DNA from: Acanthaster planci
Lineage: Eukaryota
Assembly: GCF_001949145.1 (NCBI RefSeq)
Contig: NW_019091359.1
Location: 1,195,976-1,259,975 of the forward strand
Reading direction: 5' to 3'
DNA length: 64,000 bases
Shown here: one piece after another, positions 23,473 to 35,485 of the stretch
How positions within the stretch are numbered: the stretch's first letter is position 1
Layout of the letters: each line of letters opens with the position of its first letter
Made by a program: the position numbers and the translations under genes
The notes under the pieces: generated by a model
Database searches by the model: none
The model's input: the letters and a program-made list of their open reading frames with translations, nothing else
Told to the model about the DNA's origin: nothing

Positions 23473-23769
23473 TATTTCAAAGATGGATTTGCGCCGGAGA
23501 GATGTAAATTCATTTTGGAATTTTTTTTTGCCCTGCCCGACGTGCATTTTAACACTGTATGCTCAGTGTATGCCCCCGAAGGTTTGTGAAAAAAACACAA
23601 ACGTACTCGGATGGGACTCGAACCCACGACTCCTGCTTGTTAGTGTAGACGTCTTAACCACTCGACCACCGAGCTTGTCGGTGTTGGCTGGCTGGTTCGA
23701 ATCACGTGTAGCAGCGGGTACTGCGAACAACTATTTCAAAGATGGATTTGCGCCGGGGAGATGTAAATT
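23473..23769 (-). repeat. tRNA-derived unit flanked by 38-bp direct repeats
   Basis: tRNA-like segment 23674-23604 (A box TGGTCGAGTGG, B box GGTTCGAGTCC, intact D and T stems, degenerate anticodon arm). Direct repeats at 23473-23510 and 23732-23769 differ by one base. Confidence 0.8.
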
Positions 23770-24109
23770 AAATTAGTTGAGTTCCAGTCGCTATTTAATT
23801 AAAATTGAAATAAATCGCTTTATTGGATATCATAACAACAAAACTATAGCCCTATTCAACTGACCGTAAATGTCAGAAAGTGACTTGCAGTTTCCATGTT
23901 TGTCACTTGAGGTGCTGCGTGTCGTTGCAGTCATTACTCACATTCCCCAGTCATTGTCGAACTGGTTACCACAGCACAACCTCTTTTGGCACTACTGTGT
24001 CGTTTGTAACGTGCTATCTTCTCTTCATTGCCTGGAAGGGTAGCTGCAACCAATTTGTTTTAATACAAACCTTCAAAATGCAACTTTGTGGCTCTGTTAA
24101 CCGTATTCT

Positions 24110-24580
24110 CAACTTTTGTTTCACTACCTCTAAGGGTATTTTGCTGCAGTTTTAGTTTTAATGCTTATGAGTATTTCCATATTCATGAACAAGACTAAGA
24201 AGCCTCGATGATACATAACTTTGCACACAAAAAGTCCTGCATTTTGGTTGATTTTGCTGGACTCATTTTTTTTTTGTGATTCGTTGTTGTTCACGTGCAT
24301 GGCAATAAGCAAGCATCAAGCCCTTTCTCAGAACTGTTCTTAATAAGTAAATTCTGATTTCACAATTTTAACAGAAAAACCTATGCACTGAACCATGTCT
24401 TCCCCAGATGACTTCACAGCAACTGCTGCCCAGAAAAGCAAGGATAATTTTGATTGTTTAAAAAAGTGCACTTTTCGATGGATTTAACCAAATGTGAATG
24501 TGAAAAAGTTTTCATACATTGAAGAAGAGTTCAAAGTTGAAGAAAAATTGTGTATGAGAAAATTCATCACAGCTACACAA
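24110..24580 (+). repeat. Dispersed repeat family A, uninterrupted copy
   Basis: Aligns by eye with 25400-25870 and 50040-50722 (AAGGGTATTTT...AAAAAGTCCTGC...AAATTCTG..TTCACA.TTT.AACAGAAAAACCTATGCA...). Confidence 0.75.
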
Positions 24581-25399
24581 TGTCGTCGTCATCTAACGCC
24601 AATTCCTTCCTGGTGTCAAACTAGCCTCCAGTGACAATGCTTGGCCAGTGAGCCTGGCTCAGCCTGCACTGTCACTGTCGCTGTGCTGGCAAGGTGGCGC
24701 ATGACCCAAGGGGCACGCCCCCCGTAGAAGCTCCCTGAAAATTGTACACATAGAAGCTTCTCTAGTCACCGTACCAAAGCTGTAACTTAACTGTTTGCAT
24801 TACCGTATGTACTTCGGATTCCTATCTGCCCAAAAAGCAGGTACCACTATCGCCGTCAATAATACACACTTGATCCAGCACGCCTCACCTCAGCGACAGT
24901 TTTGTGTGTCCCTTGAAAACAGGAAAATTTCGCCCCTTTATAAACCATTTTCATAGTCCCATTCAATTTCAATCAACGTTCCGATTTTCCCTTTTGTATC
25001 TGTTGAAATTTGCCAACCTTCACATCCGCACTCATGCCCGCCACTGGCAAGACTGCGTGCGTAACTTTGTTGTCAACCTTTATGGTGAATTGTAATTGAA
25101 TGGCCGTTGACTTTGTGAGGAATCCATCTCCATGATACCCATGATGATAAAACCGCAATATGTCATGCATGAACGCACCGATAGGTTTGTAAACGTGATC
25201 TGGAGACAAATTCACAAATCCACAGCGACCTATCCTGTCACGTGTATGGCCCACCGTTAGACCTGGGTACCAGTTTACGCACTAAATTCATCAATATTTC
25301 GAGCACAAGTGAACTTTAACATTTCGGAAAAGTTAAAGGGCAGCTTCAATCAATTTGATTAAGTATAGGCCTTCAAAAGGCACCTTCGTGTCTCAGTTA

Positions 25400-25870
25400 A
25401 CCTCATTTTCAACTTTTATTTCTATATTTCAAAGGGTATTTTGCCTTTGTGATTTTTATGCTCATGAGCATTTCGATATGCATTAACGAAACTGTGACAT
25501 CATCTCAGGAAGAAAGCCTCAATATTACTTTGGTTTGTATGCAAAAAAGTTCTGCATTTAAATCTGTAGATTTTGCTGGACTTAGGTTGTACTTCGCTGA
25601 TTTATTGGTTTTTTTTATATGCATAGCAATAAACGAGCAACAATTCCTTTCTCAGAAAGTTTTCCGTAATTAAATTCTGGGTTCACAGTTTGAACAGAAA
25701 AACCTATGCAATGACCTTTGTCTTCCCTGGATGACATCACAGTAACAGCGCACTCGATTGTCTAGGAAAGCTTGGATAATTTGAACAGTTTTAAAAAGTG
25801 CACTAATTTAACCAGATAGGAATGTCAACGAGTTTTCATACGTTGGAGAAGTTGCAGAAAAAGTATGCGA
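25400..25870 (+). repeat. Dispersed repeat family A, copy interrupted by a LINE
   Basis: Similar to 24110-24555; the family sequence resumes at ~28338 (AAAATTCATCGCAGCTAC vs AAAATTCATCACAGCTAC at 24559). Confidence 0.7.
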
Positions 25871-28337
25871 TACCTCAAATTACATCGCCAGTTGGGATGT
25901 CGGACCACAACACTGTGCATTGGGCCCCAGTGTATAGCCCTCGAATTAAAAATGCAAGTACATGTAAATTGTGTTTGAGGCGTCCTATGCCCGAGAGTGC
26001 TACACGTTCCTTTGGAACGTGGATTAGTAATTATGAATGGGCTGAAGAGTTAGATCACATTGATGCTGACACAATATATGAAAAGTTAATTGAAACCTTG
26101 AACACAAAAATTGATTTATTCTTTCCAGTTAAAAGAGTCAAAATTCATGCTACTGATAAACCCTGGATGACTCCACAAATCAAAAGGTTAATTAAATCAC
26201 GGCAGGTAGTTTTTCATTGTAATGATACGGTCTCCTGGAGGAGATTGCGGACAAAGATTATAGCATGTATAGGTGTGGCAAAGAAACAGTATTAGGCCTA
26301 TGCCACTCGGGTCGCAAAACTCAAACTGAGTAAACCACCGGCTTGGTTTCACCGAATGCGCATGATTACTGGTAATAATAAAGACCATCCGTCAATACAT
26401 GATCTAGGGGTTGACCCAAATAATGTGTTCATGGTAGCATCTACTATTAATGAACATTTTGTTTCAGTTGCTCTAGATATGGATTGCATTGACCTTAGTA
26501 GTCTCCCGGCATATTTACCCTGCTTCCCAACCTTGCCCATATTTATATCCATGTGAAGTTTATAAGTCACTTCAAACCATTAAACTCTACAGCTGGTGGG
26601 CCTGACAATATCACAGCTCGGTTTATTAATTATTTTGCCGTTGAACTTGCTACTCCCCTGGCTCACATTTTGAATAAATCCTTCCAACAAGGAACAGTGC
26701 CCAATGCTTGGAAACGAGCCCATACCCATGTCTAGCCCACCTTCTGTTGACAAGTTAAGACCGATATCTCTGACTAACCACTTCACAACGGTTGCGGAGG
26801 GATTTATTGCGAGGTGATTGTTGGAGGACATTGGCCCGAGGTTAGACCCTGCTCAGTTTGGAAATCGAAAAAATTTCTCAACAAATCGTTATTTGATCAA
26901 TATGCTTCACCTACTGTATCGAAATGCTGACATATCTAGATCAGTTGCTACTGTGACTACCACAGATTTTTCGAAAGCATTTGATAGGATCAATCACACA
27001 CTAGTGTTGAATAAGTTAATTCTTTTGGAAGTTCGCCCCTCTATCATTCCATGGATAGCTGACTTTTAACCTCTAGAGGGCAGTGTGTTCGTTACCACTC
27101 AATATGCTCCAGTTGGTTGATCTTAAATGCCGGAGTCCCACAAGGAACCAAACTTGGCCTTATTTTATTTTTTAGTTATGATCAATGATGTAAGACCCAC
27201 GGGTGATAATCTTGCCATGTTCAAATATGTTGATGATTTATCGATTGTTGAGTCTTCGCAGAAATCTTGGTTGCAGGACGCCATTGACAGCCTTACTAAT
27301 TGGTCGATGCAAAACAGCATGAAATTAAACCCTAGTAAGTGCTTTCAAATGAAAGTTCAGTTGACTTTTCTAGAAACAGTCCTTTAATGCCTATCGTTTC
27401 TACTGATGACCATGATCTCTGTATTACAGCACATACCAAGGTTTTGGGGGTTATTATTCAAAGTGATCTTAAATGGGATAAAAATGTGGGCAGCATTGTC
27501 AAACGTGCTAATAGTAAAATCCATATTTAAGGGTTCTCAGAAGTTACGGTCTGTCGCATAGTCATCTCATAACTCTGTATAAAAGTTTCATCAGGCCATT
27601 GATGGAATATGCAGCTCCTGTGTGGAACGGAGCACTTACCAAGTGCCAGGTGACTCGGCTTGAAAGAGTACAGAAACGTGCCTTGAAGATTATTCTTGGG
27701 GTAGAGTATTTGTCGTACACCGAAGCTTTATCTCATTTCAATTTAGATTCTTTGGCAAAAAGGCGTAATCAAATTTCATTATACTTTTTCAAGAAAACCC
27801 TTGACCACACTGACCCTTTTCGTGAATTCTTTCCGCCTCAACATGATTCAAGAATCAAGAATGTTGGGGAATAAACCATTCATCCCTGAAATCTGTTGCC
27901 GAACAAAACGTTATTTCACCAGTGCACTTCCTACCTTAATCCGGTTGCATAACAAATACGGCAAGGAATGCCCCTCTAATAAGTTCTTTTAGTAGAAATA
28001 TTTGGATTGTGCTCCTCTTAAGAAATGCCCTCTATTAAATGTTTTTTATATGGGAGTTAGATGTGACTGAAATTTTTAAGATCACAATAATTTCATCTTT
28101 TAAGTGTAAATTGCAACGGATGTTTTTTATTAGTGTTCTTATATGCGTGTTGGTCGTTAGTCATGTTATATGTTTTATTTTTGTGAGTGTAAACTGTAAT
28201 GGTAAATGTTGAATTTTTTTGTAATTATTGAATTATGATTTTTTTAAAATTCTTATTTTAATTGCTTAATCTTTTTTATTATTTGATTGTTAAATCCATT
28301 GTAATTCATTTTTTTAAACTGCGAAAATGGATTTTTA
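25871..28337 (+). mobile_element. 5'-truncated, decayed non-LTR retrotransposon (LINE, CR1/L2 group); reverse transcriptase pseudogene
   Basis: Ordered ORF2 motifs split over frames by stops and frameshifts: SDH (end of APE endonuclease), KPWMT, AGGPDNI, VPNAWK.A, RPISLT, QFGNR, DFSKAFD, AGVPQGTKLG, YVDD, LNPSKC, LGVIIQSDLKWD, EYAAPVW, LERVQKRALKII. An AT-rich 3' tail follows. Confidence 0.92.
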
Positions 28338-31300
28338 AAAATTCATCGCAGCTACGCGTTTAGGACGACACTGTATTGTGCCAAGCTGACATTATCATAA
28401 TTGGATGTCCTGGTCTACTGCTTTAGCCGAGTGCGTGTAAAAAAAACTAACAAAAAAACATCATTAGCATGTTCATGACAATAGTTGCATATGTGAAACA
28501 AATCTTCCCACAACCTCAAGTCTAATATACCCCAATATCGTCTGCTGCAAGCGTATTTAGAATTTTCCACGTGCTTCCCTTCTGTTTACGAAACGCGCTG
28601 TCATTTCAACTGTGTAGGCTTACGTACGGCACATTAGCTTGATAATGAGGGCAGTTATCTGAAACAGACTGCTGGCGCCGTAGCCTGGTTTACGATGCCA
28701 AAATAATCATGTGAAGTCCACTGTACCCTTTTATTAACATAATTGACTTTGCCATACAACCCCCCGCAGCAACTACCCTGAGGAGCTTCAGTCCACAAGT
28801 TCTTTGGAGATAATCCCGTTGAAATTACAAATACTGTCAATTCAATATACATGTAATAAGCAACATCTGCTTTACTTGTATATCATGTGATTTGTCTGTG
28901 TACAGAATATAAACAATGATTTGTTGCGAGCCTGAGGCATGGGACAAAATTCTGTATTATATAAACTCTGGATTTCCTTCCAGTCTTCCTTTAATTGGTT
29001 TTTTTTTTTGCAACTGGCGCCGCTCCTCAGATATCACATATAGGCCTATGTAATATATAGTGTTATCCATATAAGATCTGACATGGATGCATGGGAAATC
29101 TTTTGATAACACACTGAAATCGTCCACGATGTTTCCACTGCCAAGTGATAAGCGTATTTTGTTTACAAAGCTGGGATTCTGAGAAATATTCTGAGTTTGA
29201 TTATTTATGGTCTTGATCTACCGCAGTCACAATTTAATAAGTAATGGGGCTGAGGCATCAATCATGATTTGTATTTGTAGTTTCTGCGCATTATCAAGCC
29301 CCAAATTGAACAGTCGAAGCGCAAAAGACCACAGGCCGGCGCCGCTCGTTCGGCAAGCGACAACACACGCGAGGTCAATCACTCTAAGGCACCCGTTTTC
29401 TGTAAAATAAAGCCCGGCACCGTTTTCGCTGGATGACTGATACCACGCAAGTAAGCCTTTAACAATTTAGAAGTCAGACTTCACGTTTTACAATCTTCTA
29501 GCTTTAAATAGTCAGCCCTCCTGACAACGCCGACTGTGACTTCAGTATACCACGTTATTTTCATGCGATAAAATGTGACAACGGCTTTAACGAATTCTAC
29601 CAGGAGGCGCCAATTTTTTAATCTCAAGGTGTTAGTTAAAGCCAACATGTACAATAATGTTGAATTATTTGATTCAGCAATTTGTTGACATAGAAGTGAC
29701 TTGTTTTGAATGTCATTACAAGTTTTTAAAAAGAACAACAAAACTTAGTATAAAAACATAGACCTTTTCACTAATATATACATAATTATGCACGCATGCG
29801 CACAAATAGCATTGGCGGCAAAAAGTGTGAGCGGGCCATTGAATAGGTACAGGGGTACGACTTTGATGATCATTTTCTCTCAGTTTTTCTGATTTTGTTA
29901 ATTTTTTTTCTTCAATAAATCCCATTAAATCGTTTTTGTTTTTCAATGACCTGCTCACACCCTTTTTGCTAAGGCCATTTGTGTGCATGCGTGCATAATT
30001 ACACATTTATTAGTGAAAAGGCTCATTGAACCAATGTGTACGTTTGCATTAACCTTTTATCCTAAAAATAACCCAGTGTGTCATACACTGGGACAGTAAT
30101 ATATAATCGTTTTTAAATTATGAACAAAGTCAGCGTAGAGCGATAAACGATCGCATTAAACGAGCTGTCGGGTACCACTGAACAACCACATCCATCACTG
30201 TAAGCTCCTGCCGAACAACTAAAATTCCGATTGAACAGGATAAGAGCTGCACGCGTTTTTTATCACGTTCCCGACAGCGCTTCCACCTAATGTCTGCGAG
30301 AGAGGCCCTAAAATCGCAATCCATTAAGGCAAAGCGCAAAAAAAAAAAAAAAAAAATGCACGGTGGCAGTTGCAAGGCATCCAGAATATAAACTGAGTCT
30401 GTTTTAGGGCCAGTTTAGCTTATTTCCTGCTTGAACGCTTGAGATCTTAAATTACATTCCTGAGATAGTTCGTGTAGAACATTTACACGTTACAAAAACA
30501 TTGCAGCTGTTCCGGTACTTCGATGGTACCCGGACAGGCAAGATACCTTAATGCACAGGAGCACATGCAATAAAAAAACCAATGAAATCGCAACCCCACC
30601 AAAAAAGTATGGTAACATTAGTGCACAGGAATGGCGCAAACAATGCAAAGACCGCATCACCACGTTTGATGATAGCATTAACCCTAAAACTAGACTTGAC
30701 TCAAGTCGGGATCTCTGTGATGTGTTCGTTTCTGCTTTGGATACACATCGAACGAGAATGCGCACCGTTACTTGCTACGCGCCCTCTTGTGTCCACTGAT
30801 TACTATCAGTTCAGTTTTTACTGACAATGCTTTAATAAAATTCGGAGATGCAAATTCGTATTCTTCGTTTTTGCCTTCTGTGATCTCTGAGTCCAAACTG
30901 TTTTTCATGCGCATGAGCGCAGCGAAGTAGCATGAAAATAAGGTTAACTTAACTGCATGTATGGGACAACAATGTGCCTTTGCAAAGACTGCATTAAAGT
31001 TACCCTACTGCACGAATACTTTTATTTGTGCTCCTTCAGCGTAAAAATCCTTACTTTTAACTAGAACATTTTATCTACATTTTACACCACAGCAATAGCG
31101 CCCTCTGCTTCCGATTATGGTATCTTATACATAACAATATAAATAGATGACTGTGAAAGGCCTGATAGTGAAAATCAGCATTTATTCATTAAATTTATAA
31201 TGAGCTGGCGTTTTCCAAATCTCCTATTTCGCGAAACTGAATGATTAAACTCTAAATGCAAAGTATTCTTCGAGGAGAAGAAAAGACATTGAAGGGCGAT

Positions 31301-31694
31301 ACTGATATCATTGTGCCGGTTTTTATCCCCCCGTTTCACTTATCATTTATGAATTTCGTTTAACCTATAACACACACGTTTGGCGTTGTTTAAAGAGATA
31401 CGACGGTGCACATGTCGTTTTACAAACAATGCTTATCTTTAGTTCACTGAACTTTAGACTTCAGTACACTTACGAAATTTGGTGCTAAACTAAAACTAGT
31501 TGTGGTGCGTTAACGTACCATGCACACAATGGTGCCCATAAAACAAACCGAAGGAGGTTTGAAGACTTCAAAAATATTCTTCTGAAATGAACCGCATGTA
31601 TTCGCGCATCCACTCGAGAGAGTACATTGCGTGCTTCAAGGTATACTACGCAACAATAGAATAGTAATAATGATAATAAGAAAAATAAAAATAT

Positions 31695-31942
31695 TTCCAA
31701 ATAGGTCACTAGGGAGACATTTTGTGGTACATTTTTCAACATTAGGGAGACATCGGTCATTAGGGAGACATTGAAACGTTTTTGTCCACATTTTGAGAGA
31801 TGATAGATTAGGGTCTGAAAGGAAAACATGCAAAGTTTGGTTTAAGATCGGATCAGGGAATATTGAATTATGGGACAGTAAAGTTTGAAACATTTGCACG
31901 TCCCTATGGGAATGTCTCCCAAGTGACCCATTTTCGGTAATG
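31695..31942 (-). mobile_element. MITE-like repeat family C (GGGAGACA motifs), inverted copy of 42612-42888
   Basis: The reverse complement matches TTACCGAAAATGGGTCACTTGGGAGACATTCCCATA.. at 42612 along its length; the two ends are imperfect inverted repeats. Confidence 0.75.
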
Positions 31943-34743
31943 AAAATAATAATAGTAATGATAATATATAACGAGGTGGAGATTCTGCCTGGTAATAGCA
32001 TCTTCCATTAGGAAACCTACAACGTCCTTCAGGTACCAGATAATCTAATTCTTTTCAAAACTTTATGTTAGACTAAGCTCATTTTTGGTGATCGCTATTT
32101 TCCAAAACAATAAGCTCACTCATTGGTTCATATTATTGAAGATCACAACTGTGTCACGCTAAAAAATGGTCGTTTTGTGGGTTTTGGAATACATTTAACC
32201 AACAGCGCTCCGCACATCTTTTCTGTAATCCCAACAATCTGTTGCCGTGTTGAAGACCGTAGCTTTTTAAACACCCATGAATGAACTTGGTGGTTATGAA
32301 CACCACATAATTTCAGACGTCGTGTGGGAAAAGTTGCCTTGCTTTCTTGGAAAAAAATGGGAGAGGAAGTAGGAGAGGAACTGAAGAAAACGAAAAGAGA
32401 AAAGGGAAAAATGAATCCCTCCCCCAGCTGTTGACGGTTTGTTCCGGTGCACTGATGTTGGGAGCTTCCTCCCCAATTTAGAAAGATCCACATTCCTTTG
32501 GCGTCACCCATGACATCACAAGTTGGCAGTCCGATTTAATGTAATACTGAAAACTGCAAATTGAAATCTTACACCCTTGATGTGAGTTTGAGGTTTACTC
32601 ATAACGTCTTACATGTTCACATATCAAATACAGTTTGACTTTTTATGAGCAAAGGTAAACTTCATCTTTACGGCATGTGCTATAAACATGTAGTTGATTT
32701 CTTGGGGGTAAATGTGTTATCCCTAACCCACCCCAAAAAGAACCTAGTGGTGAACCCCTCCATGTTTGTAGAGGGCTTCATGTTCACAATTGACAAATTG
32801 AGTTGTCATGCTACTGTTTAGGTGGGGTATGTTTGACAGCAAACAAAGCCAATGACATTCGTTGCTATTTGTATATCACTTCAAGGTTGCCAGGTTTGAA
32901 GAGTAAAAGTGTGTTACATTAGATTTAAAGGTTTATGTGTCTTGAAGCACAAGGCCTTTTTTTCAGCAACTCCGAACATTGAATCCCAGCCTCACGAAGG
33001 ACACGATTTTAACTCGGGGAATAAGGCTAAATATGTACTTGTATATTGCAGGTGTATTTTGATTATGTTTCAAAAGCCGCACCCAATATTATATTGTATC
33101 AAAGACACATAAACGCCGTCTCCACTGTGAGCCCCGAGCTGGACCAAGAGAGGGCGCAATAACTTCCCTTGCAACGAAGGTTCCTTTGGAAGGAACTGCA
33201 CTTTGCTGGTTCACAAACAACTATGGAATGCAGGCGTACACGATTGCATTGCTACCAGCAAAATGAGCACTCCCGACCAACATGGCTCTTTTCAACCGAT
33301 GAGGGGGCGTTTCTGCTCGAGGCGGATACACTGACAGAGTGGGGTAGGTTGGTGGGCGGCTTGGTGAATGGCCTAATAGATGGGGAAATCCTTTAAACAT
33401 CCTTCCATTGCCTTCTTTCTACAAAATGGTCCCAAATCTCCACAGACATACGCGGAGAAACAGTTTATGTCACTAAATATTTTCTGAAGCTTGTGCTAAA
33501 GCGCATCACAAAGCATATGGCTATTTTAACAGAACTAGGTACTTTATTACACTACCCATGATGCCAGAAAGAAGTTTCAAATTTTGAAATCGGGTGTTTT
33601 CAACCCCCTATTCAAAGCATTTAGCAACTCGTAAACAAAAGAAAAAGGAAGTTTTTAAAAGGTTTCATGTGAAAATTTCAAAATAAAGACCAGCTGAGGT
33701 TCCATAGGATACAGACGTCTCGTGTCCAAAAGTTGTTGATGACCGTTTTGGTATGACCAGCATGGCAATATTTTCAATTTATTTCGTTCAACTGAACGCT
33801 TTGGTTCCAGGCTACCTGTGCACCCATGTTTTACTCTAAAAAAGACTCTCAGTATTCCAGAACACAACCCGTACACTAACACAGAAGTGCTGATCCGGGA
33901 TGATTCGGCAGAAAATAATTCTAATCATTGGCCTGTATGTAAATACGTGTTTCCTTTCGGACTGGGGGGAGCTTTTTATTAAAAATCCCCCCTTGTTGTT
34001 GCTGTTAATTATGTAAATTCAATCGCACACTTTATAATTTATAGTGGATTTCTACTGTTAACGCAAACTATAGCTTGACCAAAACCTTTGCACAGAAAGT
34101 TTTGTACGTTTTCAACTAAACTTAAAACTTTGACAAACATGTCTAAAGATGAGATCACACATTCTACACATACTAAACGGGTCCTAGAAATGACAGCAAA
34201 TAAAAACATTACGAAATCGCTACAGAGGTCACTTTGGCAACATAAGTAAACAGTTTGAGCACAATATGGCAGCCTTTGACATTGAGATTACAGTGCTTGC
34301 TTTGAATATGATCTTTTTTCCTCAAAGAAAGTTAGAAACCCAACTTCAACCATTTTGCAGTACACTTGCGAGAAGGCTCTTCAGTATTAGCTAAATACGC
34401 CGTCGAAAACAAACAGGTTAACACCTATAGCTTTATGCACTGGAAAACCCGCATTGGCGACATTGCTAACATCGTTTGGTATCACTTTTGGGGGAGCCTC
34501 AACATAATTATAGACCATATAGCCTGCCCCTTTTCAGTATCCTGGAATTTTGTCCACAAAAGTTAAAAATACTACCTACCGACGAGTGATATCACAAAAT
34601 CCTTTGTTGAAGTGCTCTAATCATGCCAATATCCTGCCAATCAAACGCAATCTTTGTCGCAAATGAGAAGTGTCAATGTAGAGAACTGTTGTGAGCCTAT
34701 TGTTCGACCTGACCTCTCATAACCGGATAATGGAGAAGCTTAA

Positions 34744-35200
34744 AGGGCGTGCCCAAGAGAGCAGAAGAAGGGGGGGGTTGTGTGACTAAACCGACTAAAC
34801 CGAACAAGTAAATTTATGATAACTTTGACTTATCACTACAGCAATTGTGTATTCGTTTCAAGCGCGGTAAATTTTGAAAGCAGTGGAACAGATGGCGTAT
34901 ATTGCAGATTAAAGCACAACCACAGTGCATGGAAGCTGTTCATTTGCCTATTTCGATTTTCTTTCATTTTAGGTAAACCTCAGATTCTAGATTCTATTTT
35001 TATGGGCGGGATTCTGTACGTTGGATTCCCGCGAACTTAATTGTCTCTTTAAATTGAATCTATTTCCCCTCTATACCAAATATTTAATTATTTTCAGTTA
35101 GCGCTGCTAAATTATTCTTATCAATTCGTTCTCTTCAAACAGACCTGATAATTTACTTACTTATAAATGTTCCTCCCATCATCCACAACCGGCACGCCCT
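34744..35200. mobile_element. Possible Kolobok-type non-autonomous element immediately upstream of SLC6 paralogue 1
   Basis: TTAA|AGGGCGTGCC at 34740-34753 and GGCACGCCCT|TTAA at 35191-35204 form a perfect 14-bp inverted repeat that includes a TTAA TSD-like sequence. Confidence 0.4.
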
Positions 35201-35485
35201 TTAAAATATTCAACTAACCCTTGACCTCGCGCTTATCATTATTATAATCGTTCACGTACTTCCCCGTATCAACGGCAATGTAAACACTAATATGAGCCGC
35301 TCACTATCCTGAAGCTTCTAAGTGGGGTGCGCACGCGTTTTTGATCTCTCTAAGCATTTACTGAGACAAGGTACCCAAAAGACTGTGAAGAAGAACAGTA
35401 GTCCAGTTTCTTAATAGGTATAGTGACCCGACGAACACAATACACGAAGACATTGGAATTGGCAGAAAAAGGCTACTAACTCACC

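Noticed and set aside
23604..23674. Functional tRNA gene
   Set aside because: The anticodon stem is mismatched, the first acceptor pair is missing, and it lies inside a repeat unit, so it is treated as tRNA-derived.
25822..27992. Active or domesticated reverse transcriptase
   Set aside because: Multiple stops and frameshifts plus 5' truncation mark it as a dead LINE copy.
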